NCBI GenBank assembly: GCA_050290185.1
Contig: JBNKHE010000004.1
Span: 64,001 to 128,000, forward strand
Length of the DNA: 64,000 nucleotides
Direction: 5' to 3'
Source: Pontiella sp.
GTDB taxonomy: Bacteria; Verrucomicrobiota; Kiritimatiellia; Kiritimatiellales; Pontiellaceae
Below the pieces are notes generated by a model. That model had not been told where the DNA came from, ran no database searches, and saw only the letters and a list, made by a program, of their open reading frames with translations. Shown here piece by piece: positions 40,022 to 49,685 of the stretch (position 1 is its first letter; each line of letters begins with the position of its first letter). The translations under genes were made by a program, and so were the position numbers.

Positions 40022-42673
40022 CTATTCTCCTAGCGGATTAGGTTTGTTGGAATCAATGCCCAGATCCTTGCGGGCTTTTTCCAGTTTCTTCTTATCAAAT
40101 TCGCCCTTGGCGGCCAGCGATGAAAGCACCGACCAGGCAATGGCATTGAAGTCCACCTCGAAATGCTTGCGCAATGCGCGGCGTCCGTCACTGCGTCCGA
40201 AGCCGTCGGTCCCGAGAGAAACAAGTCCGTTCGGCACCCACTGCGCCAGCGAGACCGGCAGCAGCTTCATGTAGTCGGATACCGCAACCACTGGACCGGT
40301 TTCATTTTCAAGGCACTGTGTGATGTAGGGCTTCGCTTCGTTACCGTTGCGGTTGACTTCGCGTTCGCAATCGAGGCCATCGTTGATCAGGTTCTTGTAG
40401 CTGGTGACCGACCAGACGTTGGTTTCGACTCCATACTTTTCTTTCAGCAATTCGGATGCCTTGACCGCCTGCGGCAGGATGGCTCCGCTACCAAGAATCT
40501 GGGCTTGAGCCTTGTCGGATTCACGGAACTTGTACATGCCCTTAAGAATGCCCTCTTCACTGCCTTCCGGCATGGCAGGCTGCTCGTAGTTATCATTCAG
40601 GATGCTGATGTAGTAGAAAATCTGCTCATTATCGACATACATGCGCCGGATGCCGTCCTTGATGATCACCGCCAACTCGTAGGCATAGGCCGGATCATAG
40701 GCCACGATATTCGGAATCGTCAGCGCCAGCACATGCCCATGCCCATCCTGGTGCTGCAGGCCTTCGCCGGCAAGCGTCGTACGGCCGGCCGTAGCCCCCA
40801 TCAGGAAACCCTTGCAGCGCGAGTCACCCGCGAGCCAGGCGGAATCGCCGATACGCTGGAAGCCGAACATGGAATAGTAGGTGTAGAACGGAATCGTGTT
40901 GATGCCGTGGTTCGCATAGGCCGTGCCCGCCGCAACAAACGAGGAGAATGCGCCGGCTTCGGTGATGCCCTCTTCAAGGATCTGGCCATCCTTGGCTTCC
41001 TTGTAGTAGAGCAGGTTGTCGGCGTCGACCGGTTCATAGAGCTGGCCGGAGTGGGCGTAGATGCCCACTTGACGGAACAGTGCATCCATCCCGAAGGTAC
41101 GGGCTTCGTCCGGAACAATCGGAACAATCAGCTTCCCGATATTCTTATCCGAAAGCAGCTTGCTGAGAATGCGCACGAAGACCATCGTGGTGGAAACAGG
41201 GCGGTCAGAACCGGCGTCGAATTCCTGGAAGATCTTATCGGCGGGCATCTCCACCGGGGTGTAATCGGTCAGACGGGTCGGAACATGGCCGCCCAGTTCG
41301 GCTCTGCGCTCACGGAGGTAGGTCATTTCCGGACTGTCTTCCGAAGGCTTGTAGAACGGTACGCTGTCGATCTCTTCGTCGGAAATCGGCAACCCAAAGC
41401 GTGTGCGGAATTCGCGCAGGGCCTTTTCTTCCATCTTTTTCTGGGAGTGGGTAATGTTCTGCCCTTCCCCGGCGCGTCCAAGGCCATAGCCCTTGACCGT
41501 CTTGGCAAGAATCACCGTCGGCTGGCCTTTGGTTTCCAACGCCTTCGTATAGGCCGCGTGGACCTTGGCCGGATCGTGGCCGCCGCGACGCATGCGTTTG
41601 ATCTGGGTATCGGACAGATGTTCGGCCAACTTGGCCACCCGCGGATCGGCGTTGAAGAAATGTTCGCGGACATACTTGGCATCTTCCACGGTGTATTTCT
41701 GGTACTGGCCATCCACCACTTCGCCCATGCGCTTGACCAAGGCGCCCTCGTCGTCCTTCGCCAGCAGCGGATCCCAATCATCGCCCCAAATCACCTTGAT
41801 GACATTCCATCCGGCGCCGCGGAAAGCCGCCTCCAGTTCCTGGATAATCTTGCCATTGCCGCTGACCGGACCGTCGAGGCGCTGCAGGTTGCAGTTCACG
41901 ACAAAGGTCAGGTTATCGAGCTTTTCGCGGGCAGCGAGTTTGATCGCACCCAGTGATTCGGGCTCGTCGGTTTCGCCGTCGCCGAGGAAGGCCCACACAT
42001 GTTGCCCGGTAGGCTCACGGAAACCGCGGTCTTCGAGGTATTTGATGAAGCGGGCGTGGTAGATCGAAGTAATCGGACCCAGTCCCATGGATACGGTCGG
42101 GAACTGCCAGAAGTCGGGCATCAGCCATGGATGCGGATAAGACGACAGCCCGGGGGTATCATGCAGCTCGTGGCGGAAGTTGGTCAGATGCTCGTCGGTC
42201 AGGCGGCCTTCCAGATAGGCGCGTGCGTAGACGCCCGGTGAAGAATGCCCCTGAAAATAAACGAGGTCGCCCGGGAAACTATCCGTGCGGCCGCGGAAAA
42301 AGTGGTTGAAGCCCACTTCGTACAGAGTGGCAATGGATTGGTAACTTGAGATATGGCCGCCGATCCCGTCCTCTTCGCGGTTGGCACGTACCACCATGGC
42401 CATGGCGTTCCAGCGGATCAGGCTCTTGATGCGCCGTTCTATTTCGCGGTCGCCCGGATATTGCGGCTGATCCTCCAGGGGGATGGTGTTAATATAGGGA
42501 GTATTCGCAGAAAACGGCAAACGGACACCCTTGCGGTGCGCTGCCACCTGCAGGTCGTGCAGGATATCTTTTACACGCTCTGCGCCTTCGGTCTCCAGGA
42601 GCTCGTCAAGCGCATCCAGCCAGTCCTGTTTTTCAAAATCAATATTTTCCATAACGGCTTTATTCCTATCCAT
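40022..42673 (-). CDS. aceE: Pyruvate dehydrogenase E1, homodimeric type
   Basis: RWNAMAMV.RAN, GGHISS, SSYPHPWLMPDFWQFPTVSMGLGP, GDGETDEPE, DEARTFGM, GEGLQHQDG. Start uncertain (42652/42673/42691). Confidence 0.97.
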   Translation of the reverse strand: MDRNKAVMENIDFEKQDWLDALDELLETEGAERVKDILHDLQVAAHRKGVRLPFSANTPYINTIPLEDQPQYPGDREIERRIKSLIRWNAMAMVVRANREEDGIGGHISSYQSIATLYEVGFNHFFRGRTDSFPGDLVYFQGHSSPGVYARAYLEGRLTDEHLTNFRHELHDTPGLSSYPHPWLMPDFWQFPTVSMGLGPITSIYHARFIKYLEDRGFREPTGQHVWAFLGDGETDEPESLGAIKLAAREKLDNLTFVVNCNLQRLDGPVSGNGKIIQELEAAFRGAGWNVIKVIWGDDWDPLLAKDDEGALVKRMGEVVDGQYQKYTVEDAKYVREHFFNADPRVAKLAEHLSDTQIKRMRRGGHDPAKVHAAYTKALETKGQPTVILAKTVKGYGLGRAGEGQNITHSQKKMEEKALREFRTRFGLPISDEEIDSVPFYKPSEDSPEMTYLRERRAELGGHVPTRLTDYTPVEMPADKIFQEFDAGSDRPVSTTMVFVRILSKLLSDKNIGKLIVPIVPDEARTFGMDALFRQVGIYAHSGQLYEPVDADNLLYYKEAKDGQILEEGITEAGAFSSFVAAGTAYANHGINTIPFYTYYSMFGFQRIGDSAWLAGDSRCKGFLMGATAGRTTLAGEGLQHQDGHGHVLALTIPNIVAYDPAYAYELAVIIKDGIRRMYVDNEQIFYYISILNDNYEQPAMPEGSEEGILKGMYKFRESDKAQAQILGSGAILPQAVKASELLKEKYGVETNVWSVTSYKNLINDGLDCEREVNRNGNEAKPYITQCLENETGPVVAVSDYMKLLPVSLAQWVPNGLVSLGTDGFGRSDGRRALRKHFEVDFNAIAWSVLSSLAAKGEFDKKKLEKARKDLGIDSNKPNPLGE

Positions 42674-42995
42674 AGGTTTCTGTTTCTTCAACGGTGGCGG
42701 CAGACTAAATACGACCTAACCGGTACACAATAAAAAAAACGTCAAAAACATGCTTACAACTATCATGATTTGTACGTTTAGGCGGAATATCCGTAAATTC
42801 ACTCCTCTAATCCTTACTACTTCACGCCAATTGATAGTAAAAATACGATATTTTGACAGGCATGAAAACCTCGAAAACGCCGACTATGCCTAAATGTGCT
42901 GGATTTTCCCGATTCTAAAAATCGATGGAAATTGCGCATTTTAACCCCTTTGTGATTATGGTTTCATGTCGGCCCATTTAATCGGAGAACTTTTA

Positions 42996-43841
42996 ATGAA
43001 ACGAATCGGAGCCCATGTGAGCGCCAGCGGTGGTGTGGAAAACGCCCCGCTGAATGCGGCGGCCATTGGCGCCAATGCTTTTGCCCTCTTCACCAAGAAC
43101 CAGCGGCAGTGGGTTGCCAAGCCGCTGACGGCGGAAAGCATCGATGCTTTTAAGCAAAACTGCGCCGGCCACGGTATCGGCCCCGAAAGCATTCTCCCCC
43201 ACGATAGCTACCTCATCAACCTGGGCCACCCCGAAGCCGAGAAGCTTGAAAAATCACGCGATGCCTTCCTCGACGAAATGCAGCGTTGCGAGCAGCTTGG
43301 CCTTAGGCTGATCAACTTCCATCCCGGCAGTCACCTCAAACAGGTTTCCGAATCCGAATGCCTCGCCACCATCGCCGAATCGATCAACTGGGCTTTGGAC
43401 AAAACCTCGAGCGTGACCGCCGTGATCGAGAATACCGCCGGCCAGGGCTCCAATCTCGGCTTCCGCTTCGAGCACCTTGCCGAGATTATTGATCAGGTCG
43501 AAGACAAGAGCCGCGTCGGGGTCTGCATCGACACCTGCCATAGCTTTGCGGCGGGCTACGACTTACTCACCGCCGAATCGTGCGAAGCCGTCTTTGCGGA
43601 GTTTGAAAGCATCGTCGGATTCGGCTACCTGCGCGGCATGCATCTCAATGATTCCAAGAAAGGCCTCGGCAGCCGCGTCGACCGCCACCACAGCCTCGGC
43701 CTTGGCGTACTCGGACTCGAAGTTTTCAAATACATCATGAAAGACCCGCGCTTTGACGGCATGCCCCTCATCCTCGAAACCATCGATGATTCGATTTGGG
43801 CCGAGGAGATCAAACTGCTCAGGAGCTACGAAAAGGAATAG
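42996..43841 (+). CDS. nfo: Endonuclease IV
   Basis: [44 protein letters not shown]...DRH, ILET. Confidence 0.97.
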   Translation: MKRIGAHVSASGGVENAPLNAAAIGANAFALFTKNQRQWVAKPLTAESIDAFKQNCAGHGIGPESILPHDSYLINLGHPEAEKLEKSRDAFLDEMQRCEQLGLRLINFHPGSHLKQVSESECLATIAESINWALDKTSSVTAVIENTAGQGSNLGFRFEHLAEIIDQVEDKSRVGVCIDTCHSFAAGYDLLTAESCEAVFAEFESIVGFGYLRGMHLNDSKKGLGSRVDRHHSLGLGVLGLEVFKYIMKDPRFDGMPLILETIDDSIWAEEIKLLRSYEKE

Positions 43842-44004
43842 CCAAAAGGATAGACCAGATTTCACTACAGAGGACACGGAGGAACACCGGGAAATTTAAC
43901 CTCCAAGTACTCTGTGTACTCTAGCGCTGAGCGGAGCGAGATACTTTTACGTAGTTAAATAGTGACTGAAAGGAACGGTTCACCGGGTGGTAAAATATAT
44001 GAAC

Positions 44005-44739
44005 ATGTTGGACAACATCAGAATCGTCCTCGTCGAACCGATCTTCGGAGGGAACATCGGATCGGTTTGCCGGGCCATGAATAATAACGGCATCACCGAT
44101 CTGGCCATCGTCAAGCCGCGCGCAACCACGGACTGGGATGATGCCCGAAAGCTTTCCTGCAACGCCAAGGCCCAGCTTGAAGCCCGGAACGAGTTCCAAA
44201 CCCTAGAAGAAGCGATTGCCGACTGCACGGTCGTGGCGGCCACCTCGGCGCGCACCGGCTTCTACCGCGACACCGCCTATTCACCGAAAGAGTTTGCTCC
44301 CATCGGACTCGAAAGCGCCAAAGACCACAAGATCGCCCTCGTATTCGGCCGCGAGGACAAAGGGCTGCACAACGAAGAACTGGCACTGTGCACGCATATC
44401 ATTCAGATCCCGTCGAGCGAGCTGTACACCTCGCTCAACCTGTCACACGCCGTCTATGTCTGCACTTACGAAATGTTCTGCGCTGCCGGCGTCTTCCAGG
44501 CGTCGGAGGAAAAAGCCCCCGAAGCCAATTCCGCGCTGCGTGAACGCATGTTTGCCGCCTGGCGCGAAATGATGACCGAAACCGAATTCGTCCATGACCA
44601 AAAGCTTGATCACATGATGATGGGGTTGCGCCGCATCTTTACCCGTGGCAAGCTGACGGTTCCTGATTGCAAGATCCTGATGGGCCTGGCCAAACAATCC
44701 CTCTGGGTCGCCAACCAATGGAAAAAAAGTGAAGAATAA
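44005..44739 (+). CDS. TrmJ/TrmH-family SPOUT RNA methyltransferase
   Basis: IRIVLVEP..GGNIGSVCRAM, VFGREDKGL.NEEL, SLNLSHAV. Confidence 0.92.
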   Translation: MLDNIRIVLVEPIFGGNIGSVCRAMNNNGITDLAIVKPRATTDWDDARKLSCNAKAQLEARNEFQTLEEAIADCTVVAATSARTGFYRDTAYSPKEFAPIGLESAKDHKIALVFGREDKGLHNEELALCTHIIQIPSSELYTSLNLSHAVYVCTYEMFCAAGVFQASEEKAPEANSALRERMFAAWREMMTETEFVHDQKLDHMMMGLRRIFTRGKLTVPDCKILMGLAKQSLWVANQWKKSEE

Positions 44740-44832
44740 TAAAACACCAAGGACCCACGGGCTCAAAGAACAGCAAGAATGGTCTTTATGGGCCTTCCAG
44801 TCCTTCGTGGCTTTGTGTTACAGAAAGGCCGC

Positions 44833-45426
44833 ATGAACGCATTTACTGAAAAAAGACATATCACCAAGAGCGAGATCAACGAGCTACCGATGCAGGCCTA
44901 TGAAGGACCGATCCACCTGTTCAACACCCCGGACGAGGCCGAAGCCGCCGCCCGGAAGCTGTTGAAGGAAACCCTGCTCGGATTCGACACCGAAACCCGC
45001 CCGGCTTTCCGTAAGGGCGAAAGCTACGACCCCTCCCTGCTCCAGCTCGCCACCGAAACCGAGGTCTACCTCTTCCAGATCCAGCAATGCGGTCTGACCC
45101 CCAGCCTGATCAAGGTGCTCTCGTCGCCCGGCATTGTAAAAGCCGGCGTCGCCATCGACCGCGACATCAGCGAGCTGCAGGCCATGACACCGTTCGAGGC
45201 GGACGGCTTTGTCGAGCTGGCAACCTGCGCCAAGGAAGCACGGATCAAGAACCTCGGACTGCGCGGCCTGACAGCCATTCTCTTCGGCTTCCGCATCTCC
45301 AAGAAGGAACAGGTTTCCAACTGGGCCCGGCAGGAATTGACGGAATCCCAAAAAATCTACGCCGCCACCGACGCCTGGCTCGGCCGCAAGATCTACCTCG
45401 CCTTCAAGGAACAGGGATTGGTGTAG
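44833..45426 (+). CDS. DEDDy 3'-5' exonuclease (WRN/RNase D-like)
   Basis: LGFDTET.P.F, LLQLAT, SNW....LT..Q..YAATDA. Start refined to 44833. Confidence 0.9.
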   Translation: MNAFTEKRHITKSEINELPMQAYEGPIHLFNTPDEAEAAARKLLKETLLGFDTETRPAFRKGESYDPSLLQLATETEVYLFQIQQCGLTPSLIKVLSSPGIVKAGVAIDRDISELQAMTPFEADGFVELATCAKEARIKNLGLRGLTAILFGFRISKKEQVSNWARQELTESQKIYAATDAWLGRKIYLAFKEQGLV

Positions 45427-45558
45427 GTTTCGAAAAAAATTCGCCGGGATATAAACCGACAAAGCCTCTACCGGTTGCCTACGCGGCTCCACGCTACAGC
45501 GGCCTGACCAACACCTCGCACAAGAAACTGCGCTGCGGATTCTTTTGTCACCTGCTAC

Positions 45559-45589
45559 AAAAAAAGGCGCCCTTAACGGGCACCTTTTT
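45559..45589. terminator. Bidirectional intrinsic terminator
   Basis: A-run, GGCGCCC-TTAAC-GGGCACC hairpin, T-run, between convergent exonuclease and trxA genes. Confidence 0.7.
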
Positions 45590-45610
45590 GACCATCCGTT
45601 AAAATCCGGG

Positions 45611-45931
45611 TTACAGTTCGGCCGTGATGGCCGAAACCAGTGCGGCCTGCTGCTGGAGGCCAACAAACTGCTGCTTGTTTTCGCCGTCCTTAAGCAGGAT
45701 CAGCGTCGGGATCGAGCGGATGCCGTACTTGGCGGCCAGCTCGGGGCTTTCATCAACGTTTACCTTGGCGATGACCGCCTTGTCGCCGAGTTCCGCCGCA
45801 ACCTTTTCGAGAATCGGGGTCTGCATTTTGCAGGGACCGCACCAGGGGGCCCAAAAATCTACCAGAACCACACCGCTCTTGGTTGCATCGTCATAAGATC
45901 CGCTATCCAAATCAATTAAACCTTCTGCCAT
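45611..45931 (-). CDS. trxA: Thioredoxin
   Basis: VDFWAPWCGPCK, YGIRSIPTL. Confidence 0.96.
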   Translation of the reverse strand: MAEGLIDLDSGSYDDATKSGVVLVDFWAPWCGPCKMQTPILEKVAAELGDKAVIAKVNVDESPELAAKYGIRSIPTLILLKDGENKQQFVGLQQQAALVSAITAEL

Positions 45932-46098
45932 TTTTCATCTCCTATTTGTTCCAAATTGCTGTGATCATTTCATGTTGTGCTCAAAAATCAAACAAAATGC
46001 ACCTCAGGCGCATTCAGTTGTTCGTTGATGGTTGCTGGTTGTTAGGCAATATTGCGCAGCAATTTCGCCTTTGGCCCCGACAACAAACACTCAACAAC

Positions 46099-46605
46099 TT
46101 ACCAACCATTAGAGTGAATCCGCTCCTCGTCATACCGGTATTCCGGCGCAAGCACTTCGTTCGGCACGCCCATGGCCAGCAGGGCGAACGGTGTGATGGA
46201 GTCCGGAATATCGAGAATCTTACGGCAGGATTCCACCCGTTCCTCCAGTGGGTAAATAGCGATCCAGACGCATCCGATACCGATATCATGTGCGGCCAGC
46301 TGCATATTCTGCGCGGCGCAGGAACAATCCTGCGGCCAGAAGCCGGGATAGATTTCTTTGGACTGATCGCCGCAGACCATCACCATAAAGGTCGACTCCG
46401 CCAGCATTTCCGTACCACCAAGCCCCGTGAACTGCTTGATTATTTCCGGGTCGTCCATCGTAACAAAATGCCAGGGACGCGCATCTGCCGCAGACGGAGC
46501 GTTCATGGCCGCTTCGAGAATTAGTTTCCGTTCGTCCCCGGTTACGGGTTCTTCCGTCCAGGTTCGGATGCTGCGTCGTGACATAATAGCTGAAATTGTT
46601 TCCAT
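46099..46605 (-). CDS. Nitroreductase-family protein
   Basis: SRRSIR, LEAAMNAPSA...PWHF, AAQNMQLAA..IGIG.VW. Confidence 0.93.
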   Translation of the reverse strand: METISAIMSRRSIRTWTEEPVTGDERKLILEAAMNAPSAADARPWHFVTMDDPEIIKQFTGLGGTEMLAESTFMVMVCGDQSKEIYPGFWPQDCSCAAQNMQLAAHDIGIGCVWIAIYPLEERVESCRKILDIPDSITPFALLAMGVPNEVLAPEYRYDEERIHSNGW

Positions 46606-46717
46606 GTAATTTCCCTTCGTTGAAAGCCTCAGAATACCAATACATGATGGACGGGCAAGGCATTATGTTACGCAGATGGGTTGCCAGTCCCCCGCCGCTG
46701 GACTATGTTTCCGCGCC

Positions 46718-48154
46718 ATGTACAAAAAGAAACAGATAGTGGGAGTCGAGATCATCGACCTAGGCGACAAGAACCAGTGCTTCGGCCGGCTTGACGATGG
46801 CATGGGAATCTTCGTGCAGGGCACGGCCGCCATCGGTGATGTCGTCCGGGCGGAAATTTTCAAGATCAAGAAAAAGTACCTGGTTGCCCGCTTCCGGGAG
46901 GTGATCACACCGTCGTCCCATCGCATTGAACCTGTCTGCCCCTACTTCGGCCTTTGCGGCGGTTGCAAGTGGCAGCACATGGATTATGCCGAACAGCTGC
47001 GCCTGAAGCGCAAGCAGGTGCAGGACGCCCTTGAGCATATCGGCGGTTTCCATGAAATCATGTGCGAACCTTGCCTCCCGGCCCCGGAGTTGTTTGGTTA
47101 CCGCAACAAGATGGATTTCTCGTTCACCGACCTCCGCTACCTGACATCCGACGAAATCGGCATCGAACCCGGCGAACACGATAAGCCGCTGGACTTTGCC
47201 CTCGGCTTCCACGCCCCCGGCTGCTTTTCCAAGGCCATCGATATCGACCACTGCGATCTATCAACGCCGGAAATGAACATCACGCTCAATGCCGTCCGCG
47301 ACTTCTGCCTGCGGCACAAAACCGAACTACCGATCTACTCCACCCATACGCACACTGGCGAATTGCGCAATCTCGTCGTGCGGCACGGAGGAAACACCGG
47401 AGAATTCATGGTCAACCTCGTCACCTCCACCCACAATGCGGAACTGATGCTGGAACTCTGCGGGGAACTGAAAACCGCACTCGGCGACCGGCTGACCACC
47501 TTCGTCAACAACACCACCTCGGCCAAAAACACCGTCGCGTTCGGAGAGAAGGAATATGTGATCCATGGCCCAGGCACCATTACCGACCGGCTGGGCGACT
47601 ACACCTACCGCATTTCAGCCAACTCGTTCTTCCAGACCAATACCGCCCAGGCCGAAACCCTCTACCACCAGATACTGGAGACCGCGCAGCTCAAGCCGGC
47701 CGATATCGTATACGACCTGTTCTGCGGCACCGGGTCCATCGCCCTCTTCGCATCCAGCCACTGCCAAAAGGTACTTGGAGTCGAAGTCGTGGAAAGCTCC
47801 GTGAACGATGCGCGTGAAAATGCCAAGCGCCACGCTGTCGACAACTGCGAATTTATCCGGCTCGACCTGAAGGACATTATCGACATCGAACTGGAGATGC
47901 AGGAATTCGGCCATCCCGATGTGGTCATCACCGACCCTCCACGTGCGGGAATGAATCCCAAAGCCGTCAAGATGCTCTTGAAAATGGAACCCCCTGTTAT
48001 CGTCTATGTCAGCTGCAATCCGGCCTCGCTGGCCCGCGACGGGCAGATGCTGTGCGAGGATGGAAAATACCAGATGGTGCACTGCCAGCCGGTAGACATG
48101 TTCCCGCAAACGAACCACGTCGAAAGCGTCGCCCGTTTTGAACGGGTTGTGTAA
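46718..48154 (+). CDS. rlmD: 23S rRNA m5U1939 methyltransferase
   Basis: TRAM domain, CPYFGLCGGC Fe-S motif, YRNKM, SFFQTN, DLFCGTG, DPPRAG, YVSCNP, DMFPQTNHVE. Start refined to 46718. Confidence 0.92.
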   Translation: MYKKKQIVGVEIIDLGDKNQCFGRLDDGMGIFVQGTAAIGDVVRAEIFKIKKKYLVARFREVITPSSHRIEPVCPYFGLCGGCKWQHMDYAEQLRLKRKQVQDALEHIGGFHEIMCEPCLPAPELFGYRNKMDFSFTDLRYLTSDEIGIEPGEHDKPLDFALGFHAPGCFSKAIDIDHCDLSTPEMNITLNAVRDFCLRHKTELPIYSTHTHTGELRNLVVRHGGNTGEFMVNLVTSTHNAELMLELCGELKTALGDRLTTFVNNTTSAKNTVAFGEKEYVIHGPGTITDRLGDYTYRISANSFFQTNTAQAETLYHQILETAQLKPADIVYDLFCGTGSIALFASSHCQKVLGVEVVESSVNDARENAKRHAVDNCEFIRLDLKDIIDIELEMQEFGHPDVVITDPPRAGMNPKAVKMLLKMEPPVIVYVSCNPASLARDGQMLCEDGKYQMVHCQPVDMFPQTNHVESVARFERVV

Positions 48155-48183
48155 CAGACACCGGAAATCACAGGGCGCTCAAG

Positions 48184-49593
48184 TTACATCGGATTGGAGC
48201 AATGCTTACGGTAATATTCGTTCAGTTCGTCCACCAGCAAATCACAACGGATTTTGCATCGAGACTTCTCGAAGGTCCGCCCCATTCCCATGCAGGCTGA
48301 ACATGTCCCACTGACCTCGCCTTCTCCCTGGCAGGCACTGCATTCCCCCGTACCCTTGCAGGCCGAGCAGTCTGCCTTCCAGTTCTTGAGATTCATGCCA
48401 TCGCCGGACCCTTCGCACTTAGGGCACTCTCCGCTTCCGTCGCAATCCGGACAATCCTGCTTGAGCCATCCCTTCGATTTGCACTTCTGACAAAACTGGA
48501 GGTAATTTTCGATATCGATCACCTCATTGTCGGGGTATTCCACATCGAGCATCATCTTGAACCGTTTGGCCAACGGCAGTTCCTTTTTAACCAGGGTATG
48601 CATTAAACAGGCAACCACGATATTAGTATCCATCCCCCCATTGTAACTCGTGGATGCATAGTAGGCGGGGGCATTCGTATTGATGCCCTCCAGTTCGCCG
48701 AGAATGCTCTCAAAATCCACCGAGGGACTGGCCATGATCGAAGCGGTTGGATTGCCCGAAACCAGAGCATTCATTTTCCGGACCCATTTGTCTCGAACGA
48801 CTTCGCAATAACCGCGCGCCGCCAGTTTTCCGATACCGCTGCAGGTGGCACACCGGATGCCAACCTCTCCTTCCCCGCCGCACTTCGCACATTCCCCGGA
48901 TTCTTTACAGACTTTGCAATCCGAACTCTTTCCCTCGGTTCGGGTGCTCCGCTTGCCCAAAGTGGACGCGGTCTTCGCACACTCGCTGCATTCTCCGGTG
49001 CCCTCGCAGGCGCGGCACTCTCTGGGGACTTCGCCTTTCCCTCCGCACGCAGGGCAGGTTTGAAAGATCATGTCCCGCGCAACATCATCGACTTCATAAC
49101 CCCTTTCTTCCAGATAGAGGATGCACCGATTGGCTTCGTCCTTCTCGTTATCCAGTATCGCCTGAAGCAATCCGATCACGAGCACCCCTTGATCAAGTTC
49201 TTTGTCGGCGCCACGTTCCAGCAGCTTTTTACGTGTTTCCGGCGCCAGCGACGGCGCCTTTTTCAGCACGTTTTCGATGCGGTAACGGTCGTTGCCCGGC
49301 TCCTCATCCGCAGCCGGTTTATCTTCCTCGACCGGCGCGGCATCTCCCATATAAGCCGCCTGCCACTCAGGCGGCAGTGTTTTGTAATTCAGGAAATACT
49401 GGCCGCCGTCGTGGATGATCATGAGGCCTTCGGAGTTGCGCCGCCAGACATAGGCATTCTTCAGTACTGAGCCATCCGGCAGGGTAAATGCAGCCACCGG
49501 CTTATCGGTCAGCACCACAATTTTCGCCGCCCGCACCTCAGGTATGGCCAGCGACAGAATCGCCATTGTCACCAGGAAATAAATCGGTCTCAT
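48184..49593 (-). CDS. Secreted protein with two clusters of DnaJ-type CxxCxGxG motifs
   Basis: Signal peptide MRPIYFLVTMAILSLAIPEVRA (GGAGG RBS); 12 CxxC motifs in two groups of six; no J-domain and no CxxCH. Confidence 0.85.
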   Translation of the reverse strand: MRPIYFLVTMAILSLAIPEVRAAKIVVLTDKPVAAFTLPDGSVLKNAYVWRRNSEGLMIIHDGGQYFLNYKTLPPEWQAAYMGDAAPVEEDKPAADEEPGNDRYRIENVLKKAPSLAPETRKKLLERGADKELDQGVLVIGLLQAILDNEKDEANRCILYLEERGYEVDDVARDMIFQTCPACGGKGEVPRECRACEGTGECSECAKTASTLGKRSTRTEGKSSDCKVCKESGECAKCGGEGEVGIRCATCSGIGKLAARGYCEVVRDKWVRKMNALVSGNPTASIMASPSVDFESILGELEGINTNAPAYYASTSYNGGMDTNIVVACLMHTLVKKELPLAKRFKMMLDVEYPDNEVIDIENYLQFCQKCKSKGWLKQDCPDCDGSGECPKCEGSGDGMNLKNWKADCSACKGTGECSACQGEGEVSGTCSACMGMGRTFEKSRCKIRCDLLVDELNEYYRKHCSNPM

Positions 49594-49685
49594 AATCCTC
49601 GCCTCCGTTCTGGATTGAATAGACATCAGGCAATGTACAATATGGCTCACTTAAATTCCAAGATTCCATTACGCATTACGCAACC

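Noticed and set aside
40163..41956. 597-aa plus-strand ORF (and the 442-aa ORF at 38713-40041)
   Set aside because: Antisense shadows of aceE and aceF.
48184..49593. Multiheme cytochrome c or DnaJ chaperone
   Set aside because: No CxxCH motifs and no J-domain HPD motif.
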